Below are positions 9,276 through 19,022 of a stretch of 64,000 nt of DNA, one piece after another (position 1 is the first letter of the stretch; each line of letters begins with the position of its first letter). Position numbers and translations under genes: made by a program. Below the pieces are notes generated by a model. It was not told the origin of the DNA. It saw only the letters and a program-made list of their open reading frames with translations, and did not search any database. This DNA comes from a virus. Location of the stretch: IMG/VR virus record IMGVR_UViG_3300027718_000185; one strand, written 5' to 3'.

Positions 9276-9919
9276 AAAATAGATTCTATCTTGCATGTTT
9301 CCGCGACAACGTTGGTTCAAATGTTAGCTTCCAGCGTCATGAGTTTCGCGGCTACCACACTGATATTGATCAAGCACATGTTTGCACATTGGAAGAAGCC
9401 CAATACCATTTTGATCATGCCCGTGAATATGACTGTCCAATATCTGCAGACCATGTTGATAAGTTAGCTATATGGAAGGTTGACCATCAGTACATACCTA
9501 ATCAAACACAGATCATAGATGGAACTATTGGATATGCAGTTTTTGTAAAAAAGCAATTCGATGGAAATGACGTTTTCTGGCTGAATAAAAGGTCATTTGA
9601 AACCTCCACGAATTTTGAAATAGCTTCTTATTTTTCTTCAGAAGAAATTAATGAGTTAGGCCAACGATATATTGCCATCCCTTACCATTTGGCTGACAAA
9701 GCCAAAAGAAGAACCTTTGATTTCAGCAAATATAACCCTCGCATAATGACACAGGGTGCAGGTCTAAAGATGCCTGAACATCTAAAGAAAGCAAAACGTA
9801 GAGTAAAAGAACCTAAATCGCGGTTTAACTGTCCAAGCTGCGGAAAGATCGTTTGGCAATATAACCCTTACGATTTTGAGGTTTGCTCTCACTGTGGCCA
9901 GATAGGAGATCGGATATGA
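9272..9919 (+). CDS. Hypothetical protein with C-terminal Zn ribbon
   Basis: CPSCG...CSHCG. Confidence 0.6.
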   Translation: MKNRFYLACFRDNVGSNVSFQRHEFRGYHTDIDQAHVCTLEEAQYHFDHAREYDCPISADHVDKLAIWKVDHQYIPNQTQIIDGTIGYAVFVKKQFDGNDVFWLNKRSFETSTNFEIASYFSSEEINELGQRYIAIPYHLADKAKRRTFDFSKYNPRIMTQGAGLKMPEHLKKAKRRVKEPKSRFNCPSCGKIVWQYNPYDFEVCSHCGQIGDRI

Positions 9920-10878
9920 GTCTAGATGCCACTAATTGGGCTTGGAAAGTTCAGATCCCGACTAAGAAAGGCGGCTCATTACCTGCCTTAAAACTAGTTG
10001 TTTTGCTATCTATGGCTGATCGCGCAAGTGAGGATCATACCTGTTATCCAAGTGCTAAACGCTTAGCCGCGGACTGCAAAATTGACAGAAAAACTGTGAT
10101 GAAGATTCTTGCTGAGCTCTCCGATGATGGATTAATTACTGATACTGGAGAGCGCAAAGGTCAGACAAAACAGGTGGTCGTTTACCGCTTGAACGGTGTA
10201 ATGGGTCGCGAAGATACAGTCCCAACAATGGGACCATTAGAAGGTGAAAATTTAGATGGAAAGAGTACCAACGTTGGAACAGTACCAACAGTGGAACAGT
10301 TCCAACATTTCCATGAAAGAGTCCCAACAATTCCGGTAAACGGTCCCAACGTTGGGACACGGAATCTTTTAAAGAATCTATCAGAAGAATCTAAAAATAT
10401 AAAAACATGGTTGAGTTTGAAAAAACTTGGTGAAGAAATTCGTTTGGCAACTGATCAGGAAACTTACGAGCAGATCAAAAATGCAACTTGGTTTGATCGA
10501 GAGTTACGTGCATTTGAACTTTACAACGCCGAAAAGAATCTTTGTGATGAGCTCATGCATTACCACTTTGCAGATTGGTTAATCAACGCATGTGGCAAAT
10601 ACCAAGCACGTGAACAGGCTTTTTTCCGGAATTCAGGGTCGTCAGTTCGGTGCTCGCCGAGCGCACCACACCAGTTGAGCGATAAACAAATTCACACCTT
10701 CGCTCAAAAACTCTCACAACATCCTGAGTTCGCAAGCCAGTTTGCAGCTGCAGGGGAAAGCTACGACCAACTCGCAGCACGTATCGCTGTAAAACTTAGT
10801 GATCCAGCTCAGGCCAAACAATGGGAGCCATATCTCAAGCAAGTTGGGTTCAAAGGCACATTACAGGGGGCAGCATGA
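9916..10878 (+). CDS. Replication initiator (O-like, HTH_36 type)
   Basis: LKLVVLLSMADRA...CYPSAKRLAADC; internal iterons. Confidence 0.8.
   Translation: MSLDATNWAWKVQIPTKKGGSLPALKLVVLLSMADRASEDHTCYPSAKRLAADCKIDRKTVMKILAELSDDGLITDTGERKGQTKQVVVYRLNGVMGREDTVPTMGPLEGENLDGKSTNVGTVPTVEQFQHFHERVPTIPVNGPNVGTRNLLKNLSEESKNIKTWLSLKKLGEEIRLATDQETYEQIKNATWFDRELRAFELYNAEKNLCDELMHYHFADWLINACGKYQAREQAFFRNSGSSVRCSPSAPHQLSDKQIHTFAQKLSQHPEFASQFAAAGESYDQLAARIAVKLSDPAQAKQWEPYLKQVGFKGTLQGAA
10219..10358. repeat. Iterons / probable replication origin inside the initiator gene
   Basis: 16-bp quasi-palindromes GTCCCAACAATGGGAC, GTACCAACGTTGGAAC, GTACCAACAGTGGAAC, GTCCCAACGTTGGGAC plus partial copies, followed by an A-rich tract. 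Confidence 0.75.
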
Positions 10879-10944
10879 TAGACCTCTACGATGTCAACGT
10901 AGCGCTCTTGGAAGGTGATCTCTACGCTTTTGAAAGGGGTATTC

Positions 10945-11361
10945 ATGTCTAGCATGAGTTTAGCTGAATACCGTGAATTATTTCCAGTGAAGACAAAGAA
11001 ACGCCGTTCAGCAAAGCAAGGTACTAGACAGCCAAGTGAAGGCGAGGCGGTACTGGCAACACACCTAAGAGCATGCAAGATTAGTTTTGAGCAGGAATAT
11101 AAATTCCATCCAAAACGCAAATGGAGAGCAGATTTTCTGATTACCAACACAAAGATTTTGGTTGAAGTGGAAGGCGGTATCTGGAGTGGAGGACGTCACA
11201 CAAGAGGCAAAGGTTACATCGGGGATATGGAGAAATATAACTCGGCAGCAATGATGGGTTTTACAGTTTTACGGTTCAGTACAGAACAAGTGAAGTCAGG
11301 TTTAGCGGTTCAGCAGATAGAGAAAATGGTTGGGGGAATGAATGACACTAATGATCGATAA
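10945..11361 (+). CDS. DUF559-like PD-(D/E)xK endonuclease
   Basis: EYKFHPKRKWRADF...VEVEGG...H...DMEKYN. Confidence 0.75.
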   Translation: MSSMSLAEYRELFPVKTKKRRSAKQGTRQPSEGEAVLATHLRACKISFEQEYKFHPKRKWRADFLITNTKILVEVEGGIWSGGRHTRGKGYIGDMEKYNSAAMMGFTVLRFSTEQVKSGLAVQQIEKMVGGMNDTNDR

Positions 11362-11848
11362 GAAGCATGTTATGCACTCAGTGGATTGGACACGATTCGA
11401 TCTAGAGGGCTGGTTATATCAGTTCGGTGCATGGTTAGATCAAAAGAGTTTTACGGGTATTCCTTCTGGCGCTTACAGTAATCCAATTGCCTCAGCGATG
11501 GTACAAGTTGAAAAGCAGCGCTGTTTAAAACGGTTAGGTAAGAAGAAACAACGGGAAATCATTGCCAATTACTTTGTGAGCGCAGCAGATCCATTTCGTA
11601 AAACCAAATCTAAAACCCAATGCCAGATTGATGACAATGAAGCCCGTGCAGTACAACGCTTGATTTTAGACTTAATGGGGCAGAGTGAAGTCATGGATGA
11701 ATGGATGGACGCGATTATTGATCGTTACTTTCGTGGACAGTCATGGCCTGAGATGGTACGAGAAGATCGCTCGCAATCAGATGCGCGTAGTGATGTGAAG
11801 TGTGGGTTGGCAGTGTTGCATTGCCGGTACGGATTTATTGGGTATTAG
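11342..11848 (+). CDS. Probable late antiterminator Q
   Basis: Last early-right gene; WLYQFGAW, IDDNEARAVQRLI, C-terminal HTH-like segment. Confidence 0.6.
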   Translation: MTLMIDKKHVMHSVDWTRFDLEGWLYQFGAWLDQKSFTGIPSGAYSNPIASAMVQVEKQRCLKRLGKKKQREIIANYFVSAADPFRKTKSKTQCQIDDNEARAVQRLILDLMGQSEVMDEWMDAIIDRYFRGQSWPEMVREDRSQSDARSDVKCGLAVLHCRYGFIGY

Positions 11849-12122
11849 AGTTTTAGTGTTGAGTGAGGATAAAACTTTATAAAAAATAATCAGAAAATTG
11901 TAAACGAAAAAAAAGCACCGACTTCGTAAAGGAGGTGCGTATTATTTAATAATTTAAGCATATTTAAAGTAAAAAGTCAGTTGTAAAATCGTATGAAAAG
12001 TGTTCAATAGCGGTTGTTAAGCCTCTTGTTATAGTTTAAAAATAGAATTATCTTTACTCACATGTTTGCAAGCATAATAACTTTAACTTAATGAAAATTA
12101 ACTCATTTTTTGAGGTAGATTT

Positions 12123-12554
12123 ATGTTTGTTTTTAATCAGGGCCGTGAACCCTTAAATAAATTCATGACAACAGTACTTGCTCAAATAATATTTGGCGGT
12201 ATCGCTCTATTACTTCTGTACAAGTCTACTGTATTACCAGTTTCCATACGGTCAGTTACTTTTTACGTATTTACAGCATTTATATGGATCGCATTTTTCT
12301 TATGGATAAAGAATACTTACCACTCTTTTGTAAATGATTTTAATAGTTATATGTATCCAAGAGTCAAAGGCATTGAATTTCTTGAATTTGAAAGTAATGA
12401 ACCAATGACGTTTAAAGAAATCTGGAACTGTAATAAAAAGTTGGCTTTAGAATATTTCTTGGTAATGCTGCTAATTATCGGAATATTAATTTTTATTTTC
12501 TTCGGTTCTGGTATCTCAGCTGTTCAGATAGCAGAAGGAATTCATTTGAAATAA
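12123..12554 (+). CDS. Hypothetical membrane protein (~3 TM), accessory
   Basis: Three hydrophobic stretches; AT-rich. Confidence 0.6.
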   Translation: MFVFNQGREPLNKFMTTVLAQIIFGGIALLLLYKSTVLPVSIRSVTFYVFTAFIWIAFFLWIKNTYHSFVNDFNSYMYPRVKGIEFLEFESNEPMTFKEIWNCNKKLALEYFLVMLLIIGILIFIFFGSGISAVQIAEGIHLK

Positions 12555-12585
12555 CTTTAGAGTTTTCTTTAGTGAAAGAGGGAAA

Positions 12586-12954
12586 TCAATTTTTCGCCTC
12601 TTTCCACCACTTAAGCATTTGTCCAAGATCGACATCCTGTAATGTTAGGCCATTTTCTTTCGCCTGATCTTCTACATGATTAATCCGCTTTTCAAACTTA
12701 GATATAGCAATCCCTAAACATTTTTCAGAATCTAGGTTTAAGCGGCAAGCCAAATTAATGAGTGAAAATAGGCAATCCCCAAACTCATCTTCTAAACGAG
12801 CTCTATCAACTTCAGGAGTATTGATTTCCTGAAACAGCTCATCAATTTCTTCTAGAACTTTTTCTTTTGCCTGTTCGTGACTATTCCATGTGAAGCCTTT
12901 TGAAATTAATAAGTCCTGAATTTCTTCAGCTCGCTTTAAGTTACTTTTTTGCAT
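12586..12954 (-). CDS. Stand-alone MazG C-terminal-like nucleotide pyrophosphohydrolase
   Basis: GFTW...KVLEEIDEL...LEDEFGDCLFSLINLAC...KFEKR follows the recalled second domain of E. coli MazG. Confidence 0.82.
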   Translation of the reverse strand: MQKSNLKRAEEIQDLLISKGFTWNSHEQAKEKVLEEIDELFQEINTPEVDRARLEDEFGDCLFSLINLACRLNLDSEKCLGIAISKFEKRINHVEDQAKENGLTLQDVDLGQMLKWWKEAKN

Positions 12955-14068
12955 ATCTCTTCTCATTAATTTCATGAAACTTATGGTAATGGTGAGCCAT
13001 ATAGTCTTTAAACTTTACAAGACTTTCCTTTTTAAATGGGGTCTTTATAACGAAATCTAATAATTGATGATTAATGATGATCTCACGAATTAAAGGATCA
13101 TCCACCATGATCAATCTTAAAGTGTCTGGCTCGAAAGTAATAAAGTAACGGTCAAATAACTTATCCATTAAGGCTGATAAGAGTAGACCATTTCGAGTAT
13201 CTAACCTTTCTTCATTTGTACAATCTTTCCAGGCTTTTATATGACTGGCCAGAAGCAAAGATTCATGTCTAATACCTGTTAAGACACATGTACTTTTGAA
13301 ATTTTTGAGTAAGTCTTTCCTAAATTGTCCTTGACCTAAACGAGACTGTACAAGTAATTTTTTTTCAGTTTCAGATAAAGTTTTGCTTTGGTGTATTTCA
13401 TCTAACTCTTCTCCAATCTCTTGATCAGATGCTTCAATAAGAGGTTGAGAAGGAGACGGGGGCTCAAAGTTATCAAATATCTTTTTGTCACTATTGCGAT
13501 GAAAAATACTTTTAGATAAATCAAAAATATCACCTAAATTCTTTAAAGAGTTATCTTTGATTGTTTCATCTGTCATTTTAAGAATGACATCTGTGATAAG
13601 CCCATTTCGGCCTTGTATACAAGAAGAATGACGGAAAGCCTCGTATATCTTCTCAACCAGTGGATCGTCAACGACTGTGAAATAGTCTTTCTTTAATTCA
13701 TATGAATTATTCTTATGTTTTAGTGTTGGGTAGGCTGCTATCAATTTGAAATAGAAGCGATGAGGATAAATATTTTTACCATCTTCATCATCCCATATTT
13801 GAGGGTTATCTTCATCTTGTGCTTCTTTTACCGTGAAGATATCGTTAGTAACTTTAGCAAGAACATATTGAGTAAGTTGTCCTGAAAAACGACTTCTCAC
13901 AGGACCCTGTAGAGCATGTGCGAAAATTAAATAATCACCACTTTTTATCTGCTCAGCACTATCATTTAAGTTTTTAAATCCCCAAACTCCATTGTTAAGA
14001 CCAGTGATGAAATTATTTAAAGTAGGTTTTGCTACATAGATACAATGAAGGTTAGTATGTTTCGTCAT
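12941..14068 (-). CDS. EVE/PUA-like domain + HNH endonuclease (candidate modification-dependent nuclease)
   Basis: N-terminal NGVWG...IKSGDYLIF...IWDDE...IYPHRF; C-terminal RLGQGQFR...CVLTG...ASHIKAW...NGLLL...DKLFD. Confidence 0.75.
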   Translation of the reverse strand: MTKHTNLHCIYVAKPTLNNFITGLNNGVWGFKNLNDSAEQIKSGDYLIFAHALQGPVRSRFSGQLTQYVLAKVTNDIFTVKEAQDEDNPQIWDDEDGKNIYPHRFYFKLIAAYPTLKHKNNSYELKKDYFTVVDDPLVEKIYEAFRHSSCIQGRNGLITDVILKMTDETIKDNSLKNLGDIFDLSKSIFHRNSDKKIFDNFEPPSPSQPLIEASDQEIGEELDEIHQSKTLSETEKKLLVQSRLGQGQFRKDLLKNFKSTCVLTGIRHESLLLASHIKAWKDCTNEERLDTRNGLLLSALMDKLFDRYFITFEPDTLRLIMVDDPLIREIIINHQLLDFVIKTPFKKESLVKFKDYMAHHYHKFHEINEKRYAKK

Positions 14069-14365
14069 AAGAATAAAATTAGGCTTTAGTAAAGTTTCAA
14101 AAGTTCTTTAATTGAGATAGTCCCTATAAAAGTAAGGGTTAGCCCAATAATAATCGATTATCACATTCGTCAGGTGGTTTATTAGAATTTTTCTAAAAAT
14201 TTACAACTAAGAAGGCGACTATAGGTGTTCTAGTTCTATTCGTTCTGCCGTATGTCTTTCATCAGCGTAGATGAGCATAATTTATGTTTTTAACTAAATA
14301 TTCCAAAATATATTTATAAGTTGTAGAGTAATGCTTATACATAACTGATAAGAAAGAATATTATT

Positions 14366-15307
14366 ATGACATCAAAACCAAAAATTGAAACGGCTTACTA
14401 CAGTGAGGACTGGAACTTTGAAAATGGAGATCCAGAAGAATTAATTAATAATTCAGCTCATATAACAGCAAGTGAATTTGATCCAGCAATGGCAGGTCAT
14501 GTTTTTTGTCCTGTATGTAAAACACCTCTGACTAGGGTTCCAAAATCGGGACTCATTCAGACTAATAATGTGAAAGCCTATTTCAGGCATCTTCCTTCTT
14601 ATAGAAGTGTGAAATGTAAATTAAGAACACCTGAGAGTGAAGGTAAAAGATATAAAAATGAAGAAGATGCCAAAGAAGCTATTGAAAAGGAAGAACTAAT
14701 AATCATCTCAAAGTTTACTTCGGAACCTGTAGAAACTAACTCTGATAGACAAGCTGAACCATATGATGCTACTGCAGTGGAAGATGAAGAAGGTGAGTTG
14801 ACTGAAGTCCCGATAGCCAGACACAGAGGAGAGAAATTAAATTTACCAACCCGAATTACGTCAGTTCAAGCTCTTTGTACTAACTTTGATAAGAAATTTT
14901 ATTCTTATATTCTTTTCCCAAGCAAGGAACAGGCATTAATGCTGAAAGATATACTGATAAGTATTAAAGATATAAGTCAAGAAGAAATGAAAGAGCTGGA
15001 TGCAGATGAGGAACAAGCACCACAGCTTTATTATGGCGAAATCCAGTATTCGAGGTTTTTAGGTGAATCTCATGATGATTACTTAAGAATGACCTACCTC
15101 AAGTGTCATGAATATGTTCACGATTTTTGTATAAAAATTAAATCGAAACTTCAAGACCGTAGAGGAATTCATGAAAAAGATGCTAGTAAAGGGCGTATTG
15201 TAATTTTTTGGGGAATTATCAAAGAAAGTGGAATGGGTTTTGCAGTTAAACCTTTATGGGGTGAATTTGGTTTGTTGCCTGAAAAATATAATAAATTCCT
15301 GAAGTAG
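14366..15307 (+). CDS. Hypothetical protein with CoiA-like N-terminal Zn finger
   Basis: FCPVC...YFRH...C pattern; remainder unrecognised. Confidence 0.55.
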   Translation: MTSKPKIETAYYSEDWNFENGDPEELINNSAHITASEFDPAMAGHVFCPVCKTPLTRVPKSGLIQTNNVKAYFRHLPSYRSVKCKLRTPESEGKRYKNEEDAKEAIEKEELIIISKFTSEPVETNSDRQAEPYDATAVEDEEGELTEVPIARHRGEKLNLPTRITSVQALCTNFDKKFYSYILFPSKEQALMLKDILISIKDISQEEMKELDADEEQAPQLYYGEIQYSRFLGESHDDYLRMTYLKCHEYVHDFCIKIKSKLQDRRGIHEKDASKGRIVIFWGIIKESGMGFAVKPLWGEFGLLPEKYNKFLK

Positions 15308-15320
15308 TGATGATGAGTAA

Positions 15321-16064
15321 ATGGGTAGAAATTCAATGACAGCATTTCAGAAACGTATAATAGTTCTTATTCTTTTATATTTTTTATTCTTTGCATTTGC
15401 TGTAGCGGGGTATTTCTATCTTGGACATATCAGTTCTTCTGAACTAGGAATAGATAGTAAACAAATTCCTCAATGGTCTAGAAGTGATTTAATCGCCTTG
15501 TTTGCTGCAGTTGGAGCATTAATGGCTCCAATTGCTGTCCTGTATGGTTTGCATGACTGGAAGAGGCAACATTTAACCGGTGAGAAATTAAAACTCTTAT
15601 ATGAGATCAATGAATTAAATGGTGAAATTAAAGGGATTATAGATGATGTTCGGGATAGGAATTTTTATATGATGATTAAAATTGGTGATTTTGATTATCA
15701 TGAAGATTTTAAAAAGTATTTCAGAGAATATTATAAAATAGTTAACAATATTGCTTTAAAAAATCACTCACTCGAGCTTATTGATTTAGATGGTGACCTA
15801 AGAGAAGTTAAAAAGATTCTGGATATTTTAGAAATTATCAGCAAGAATTTTTATGATAGCTATAATTATTTTAGGGCTGAAATAAATTCAGAAAATCAGA
15901 GGACTGCAGAATCATTTGATATACATAGAATGATGCTTAGTTCTGAACCTGTTAAGTTACTTGTGAAAGATCCTGAAAACATAATAAATGAAGTAGAGAA
16001 AAGATACACTTCACATTTTGAGAATATAGATAAAATTCTTAAAAAAGCCGTTACTAAAATCTAA
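15321..16064 (+). CDS. Hypothetical protein with two N-terminal TM helices and helical soluble domain
   Basis: Hydrophobic residues ~13-35 and ~55-76; starts 13 bp after previous stop. Confidence 0.55.
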   Translation: MGRNSMTAFQKRIIVLILLYFLFFAFAVAGYFYLGHISSSELGIDSKQIPQWSRSDLIALFAAVGALMAPIAVLYGLHDWKRQHLTGEKLKLLYEINELNGEIKGIIDDVRDRNFYMMIKIGDFDYHEDFKKYFREYYKIVNNIALKNHSLELIDLDGDLREVKKILDILEIISKNFYDSYNYFRAEINSENQRTAESFDIHRMMLSSEPVKLLVKDPENIINEVEKRYTSHFENIDKILKKAVTKI

Positions 16065-17314
16065 GCTATTGAACCTATTAGTTCTAATCTAGTCGATTCT
16101 TTATATGTTTTTATAACTCTCATTGGATCAAGATAAATACACTTGACGAAAGGGAAATCTGCATCCAGATAATTACCAGTTTGTTGATCTTGCATATGAA
16201 TCTTATCAAATGCGTTTTTTTGCCCTGGAAAGATCAGGGCATTTTCGAATTTATAATCTTTAAATTCCGGCATTATTGAAATTGCTTTTTCATAGAAGAA
16301 CTGTTTGACGAGATCTGCCCAGCCCGGAGCATTTTCTATACTAGTTGCTTCATAATATTTGGCATCCAGAATAGTCAGTTTCTTAGCTGTCTTGTCTTCA
16401 ATCACGATATCAGATCGCATACCTGATTTTTTCGCCGGTATTGCTGTTCCATCTGGCTTTATAAATACCGGTTTAGGTAACCGGCTATTAATATCAATGA
16501 CATTATCAAGGCATCTGGAAAGCATGTGCTCCCAAGCGACATGAAAACGTGTAACACCAATAATCTGGTTCTTCTGTTCATTACCTTTATAGGCTTCAAG
16601 ATACTCGATAAGCATTTTTAGAAGAAGGGTCTGGCGATCGGCAAAGTGATTCCTGATTTCATTCTTTAAAACCGAAATCTGGGCATCCGTAGAAAGGGAA
16701 GTTTCACCATACTGTTGTAATGAATATGGGACCTTGTTCTTGCCTGTAAAAATAAACCCGTAGTTTTTATATACCTGTTTAAGGATTCCGGCATGAATAC
16801 GTGTAATTTCCGAATTGCTAGAAGTTCTCTGTTTCCCGTACACATCCAGATAAACAGGACGACCAGAACTGTTTGGGAAAGAAACCGACCGGTTAACGGT
16901 TCTTTTCCAGTCTGTTTTTCCGGAATTCTTCCTTAGAAGAACTTCTTCGTTCTTGAAAATACCGTGTTGCTGGAAATCATTAATCAGATATTTGAACATC
17001 ACAAGTTTTTCAAAACCGGTTTCGTCAGCTCCATCTTCAGGACTGGTGACCTGTGTTTTTGAATCTTGGGCAAATTTAAAAAGTGCCTGCATCAGAAGAG
17101 CTGTATATTGTTCAGAATCAAGTTTGATCTTTTCTATATCTGACTGCCGAGGAAAGAAGAAATAATTCTCTCCTTGATATGAAACTAGACCACAGAAAGA
17201 GACTCTCAAGCCATTAATTGAGCTCAACAGGCCTTGACCCTGAATAAAGTCTGCAACAGGAGCGGGCAGTTCATTTACAGGGTTTCTATCTAGCAGGTAA
17301 TGATTATTTCTCAA
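16061..17314 (-). CDS. McrC-like / LlaJI-family restriction endonuclease subunit
   Basis: KTDWKRTV, FHVAWEHML, RSDIVI...ILDAKYY, DLVKQFFY. Confidence 0.8.
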   Translation of the reverse strand: MRNNHYLLDRNPVNELPAPVADFIQGQGLLSSINGLRVSFCGLVSYQGENYFFFPRQSDIEKIKLDSEQYTALLMQALFKFAQDSKTQVTSPEDGADETGFEKLVMFKYLINDFQQHGIFKNEEVLLRKNSGKTDWKRTVNRSVSFPNSSGRPVYLDVYGKQRTSSNSEITRIHAGILKQVYKNYGFIFTGKNKVPYSLQQYGETSLSTDAQISVLKNEIRNHFADRQTLLLKMLIEYLEAYKGNEQKNQIIGVTRFHVAWEHMLSRCLDNVIDINSRLPKPVFIKPDGTAIPAKKSGMRSDIVIEDKTAKKLTILDAKYYEATSIENAPGWADLVKQFFYEKAISIMPEFKDYKFENALIFPGQKNAFDKIHMQDQQTGNYLDADFPFVKCIYLDPMRVIKTYKESTRLELIGSIA

Positions 17315-17346
17315 ACTGGTTTTTCCTGATCATTCGCTGTAAATTT

Positions 17347-18948
17347 TTACTTACCAGTTTCTTCTTTTAGTCTTTTTTCAAAGTTTTCCGAGAAAATAAT
17401 TTCACCGGCATTAAATTTCTTTACTAAAGAGCCGAACGTTTTAATATCCTGATGGAAGAGGACAGAACGCTCACTATGGCGCAAAACATCGTCCCAGAGA
17501 TACATCAGGATTTTTCCTGTTAAAGCTTTCTTTGCATCTTCCGGATCTTTAATCTCGGTTTCATTTACAAACCATGGACCCATGTGTCGATCTTCAGGAA
17601 TAGATTCTGAAGAAAGAATAGAGTTTACAACCTGTGCAAAGTCAGACCAGCTTACAGTTTGAGGTCCGTCTTGCGTGTTAATTTCAAAATTACCTAACGG
17701 TGAAGTTATGAAATCAAGTGGTTTATATTCAAACTTCCAGCGACGCTTAAATGCCGTATCCAGAGGCATAACAGCCTGATCACTACTGTTCATTGTTGCA
17801 TAGAGACTAAGATTTTCCGGAATATAGAGTTTATTAGCTGGCAAAGGAGCAGATAGTTCTTTATTTAATAAGGTTAATAAATCTCTGTCATTAATATCGA
17901 TTTTATATTTGCTTTCTCCGTTTGATTTTCTATCAAGTAACTGAAATAGTTCCCCGAAAACTGCGGCTGCAGGGGCGCGGTTAATTTCCTCAATAATTAA
18001 ATAGTAATGATGGGAAGGATCATTTAAAGCTTTTACAAGTGCTTCAATGAATGGACCATGTTTGAAACTATATTCAATATTATCATTACTCATAGAGGGC
18101 TTTAAGCACCCTACAAAATCGCTGTACTGGGTTTCTGGATGAAAAACGGTACGGATGGAATTATTCTCATCTGTCTGTTGATCAATCTCGTGACTTTTCC
18201 CCGTCCCTGGAGCACCGTAGTAAATTATATTTTTACCAGCATTGGTATGTGGAGTTGTTGAGTTAGACAATATTGTCTTTGAATTTATAATTTGTTGCAC
18301 ATGGCGATCAAATTCTTTTCGAAGCTCTTCACTTGATTCAAATGCTTTTACTAATGGGATAAATTTATCAGAGCTTGCTGCAATAAATTGGCATGCTGCT
18401 AAAACTGAACTACTGTAGGCATCTGGACGATCTAGCTTTCTGCCTTCATTTTCAAAGTACGAATATTTTTTATCATAAATATACTTTTTGAATAGTGTAA
18501 AATTTGTTGCACTATTAACAGGATCAAAACTTGTTAAAATCGTTTGAACTTCTGTCTCAAATAGTAAATCCGATGAAGTTTTCGATGCTGGTTCTAAATC
18601 CTTTGGGTATTGGTTTAGTTCTATAGACTTATTCTTGCTCTTGGTTTGTCTAACAAGTAGCAAGTATTTTGCAAGTTCTTGACTGTATTTATAAAAAATG
18701 GATGCAGCCCATAACCACCGAGATGGAAAAATTGAAACTAGGCCATCTTTGTTTGTAAATTTAATAGAATATAATGATATATCTACTTCACCTGTGCCTT
18801 TACCAACCAGGATTTCGTTTAATTGCTGCTGTAGAAGAAGTTTTAATTCATTTTCGAGTTTAATATCAATATGGCTTGGAAGCTTACTGTATTCAGTCCT
18901 GCAATCATTAGCTAATTTATTAAGGTCTGCAAGTTCAAAACTTGACAT
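17347..18948 (-). CDS. McrB-like AAA+ GTPase subunit
   Basis: YYGAPGTGKS, IIEEINRA, ATMNSSD (NxxD), LDTAFKRRW. Confidence 0.88.
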   Translation of the reverse strand: MSSFELADLNKLANDCRTEYSKLPSHIDIKLENELKLLLQQQLNEILVGKGTGEVDISLYSIKFTNKDGLVSIFPSRWLWAASIFYKYSQELAKYLLLVRQTKSKNKSIELNQYPKDLEPASKTSSDLLFETEVQTILTSFDPVNSATNFTLFKKYIYDKKYSYFENEGRKLDRPDAYSSSVLAACQFIAASSDKFIPLVKAFESSEELRKEFDRHVQQIINSKTILSNSTTPHTNAGKNIIYYGAPGTGKSHEIDQQTDENNSIRTVFHPETQYSDFVGCLKPSMSNDNIEYSFKHGPFIEALVKALNDPSHHYYLIIEEINRAPAAAVFGELFQLLDRKSNGESKYKIDINDRDLLTLLNKELSAPLPANKLYIPENLSLYATMNSSDQAVMPLDTAFKRRWKFEYKPLDFITSPLGNFEINTQDGPQTVSWSDFAQVVNSILSSESIPEDRHMGPWFVNETEIKDPEDAKKALTGKILMYLWDDVLRHSERSVLFHQDIKTFGSLVKKFNAGEIIFSENFEKRLKEETGK

Positions 18949-18973
18949 AGTTGCCCCTATTGTATGGAACTTA

Positions 18974-19009
18974 CTTTTGACATATGTTATATTTAACCGG
19001 GTCAAAAAG
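18974..19009. promoter_or_regulatory. Divergent mcrB/methyltransferase control region with inverted repeat and one CCNGG site
   Basis: TTTTGAC (18975-18981) and GTCAAAA (19001-19007) arms; CCGGG at 18997-19001. Confidence 0.45.
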
Positions 19010-19022
19010 CGGATAAGTTATT

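Noticed and set aside
10219-10358. Short repeats as a CRISPR-like array
   Set aside because: Irregular spacing, inside a coding gene, no cas genes; better explained as iterons
10875-10952. 25-codon ORF MIDLYDVNVALLEGDLYAFERGIHV between initiator and nuclease genes
   Set aside because: Overlaps both neighbours and may be real, but too short to support
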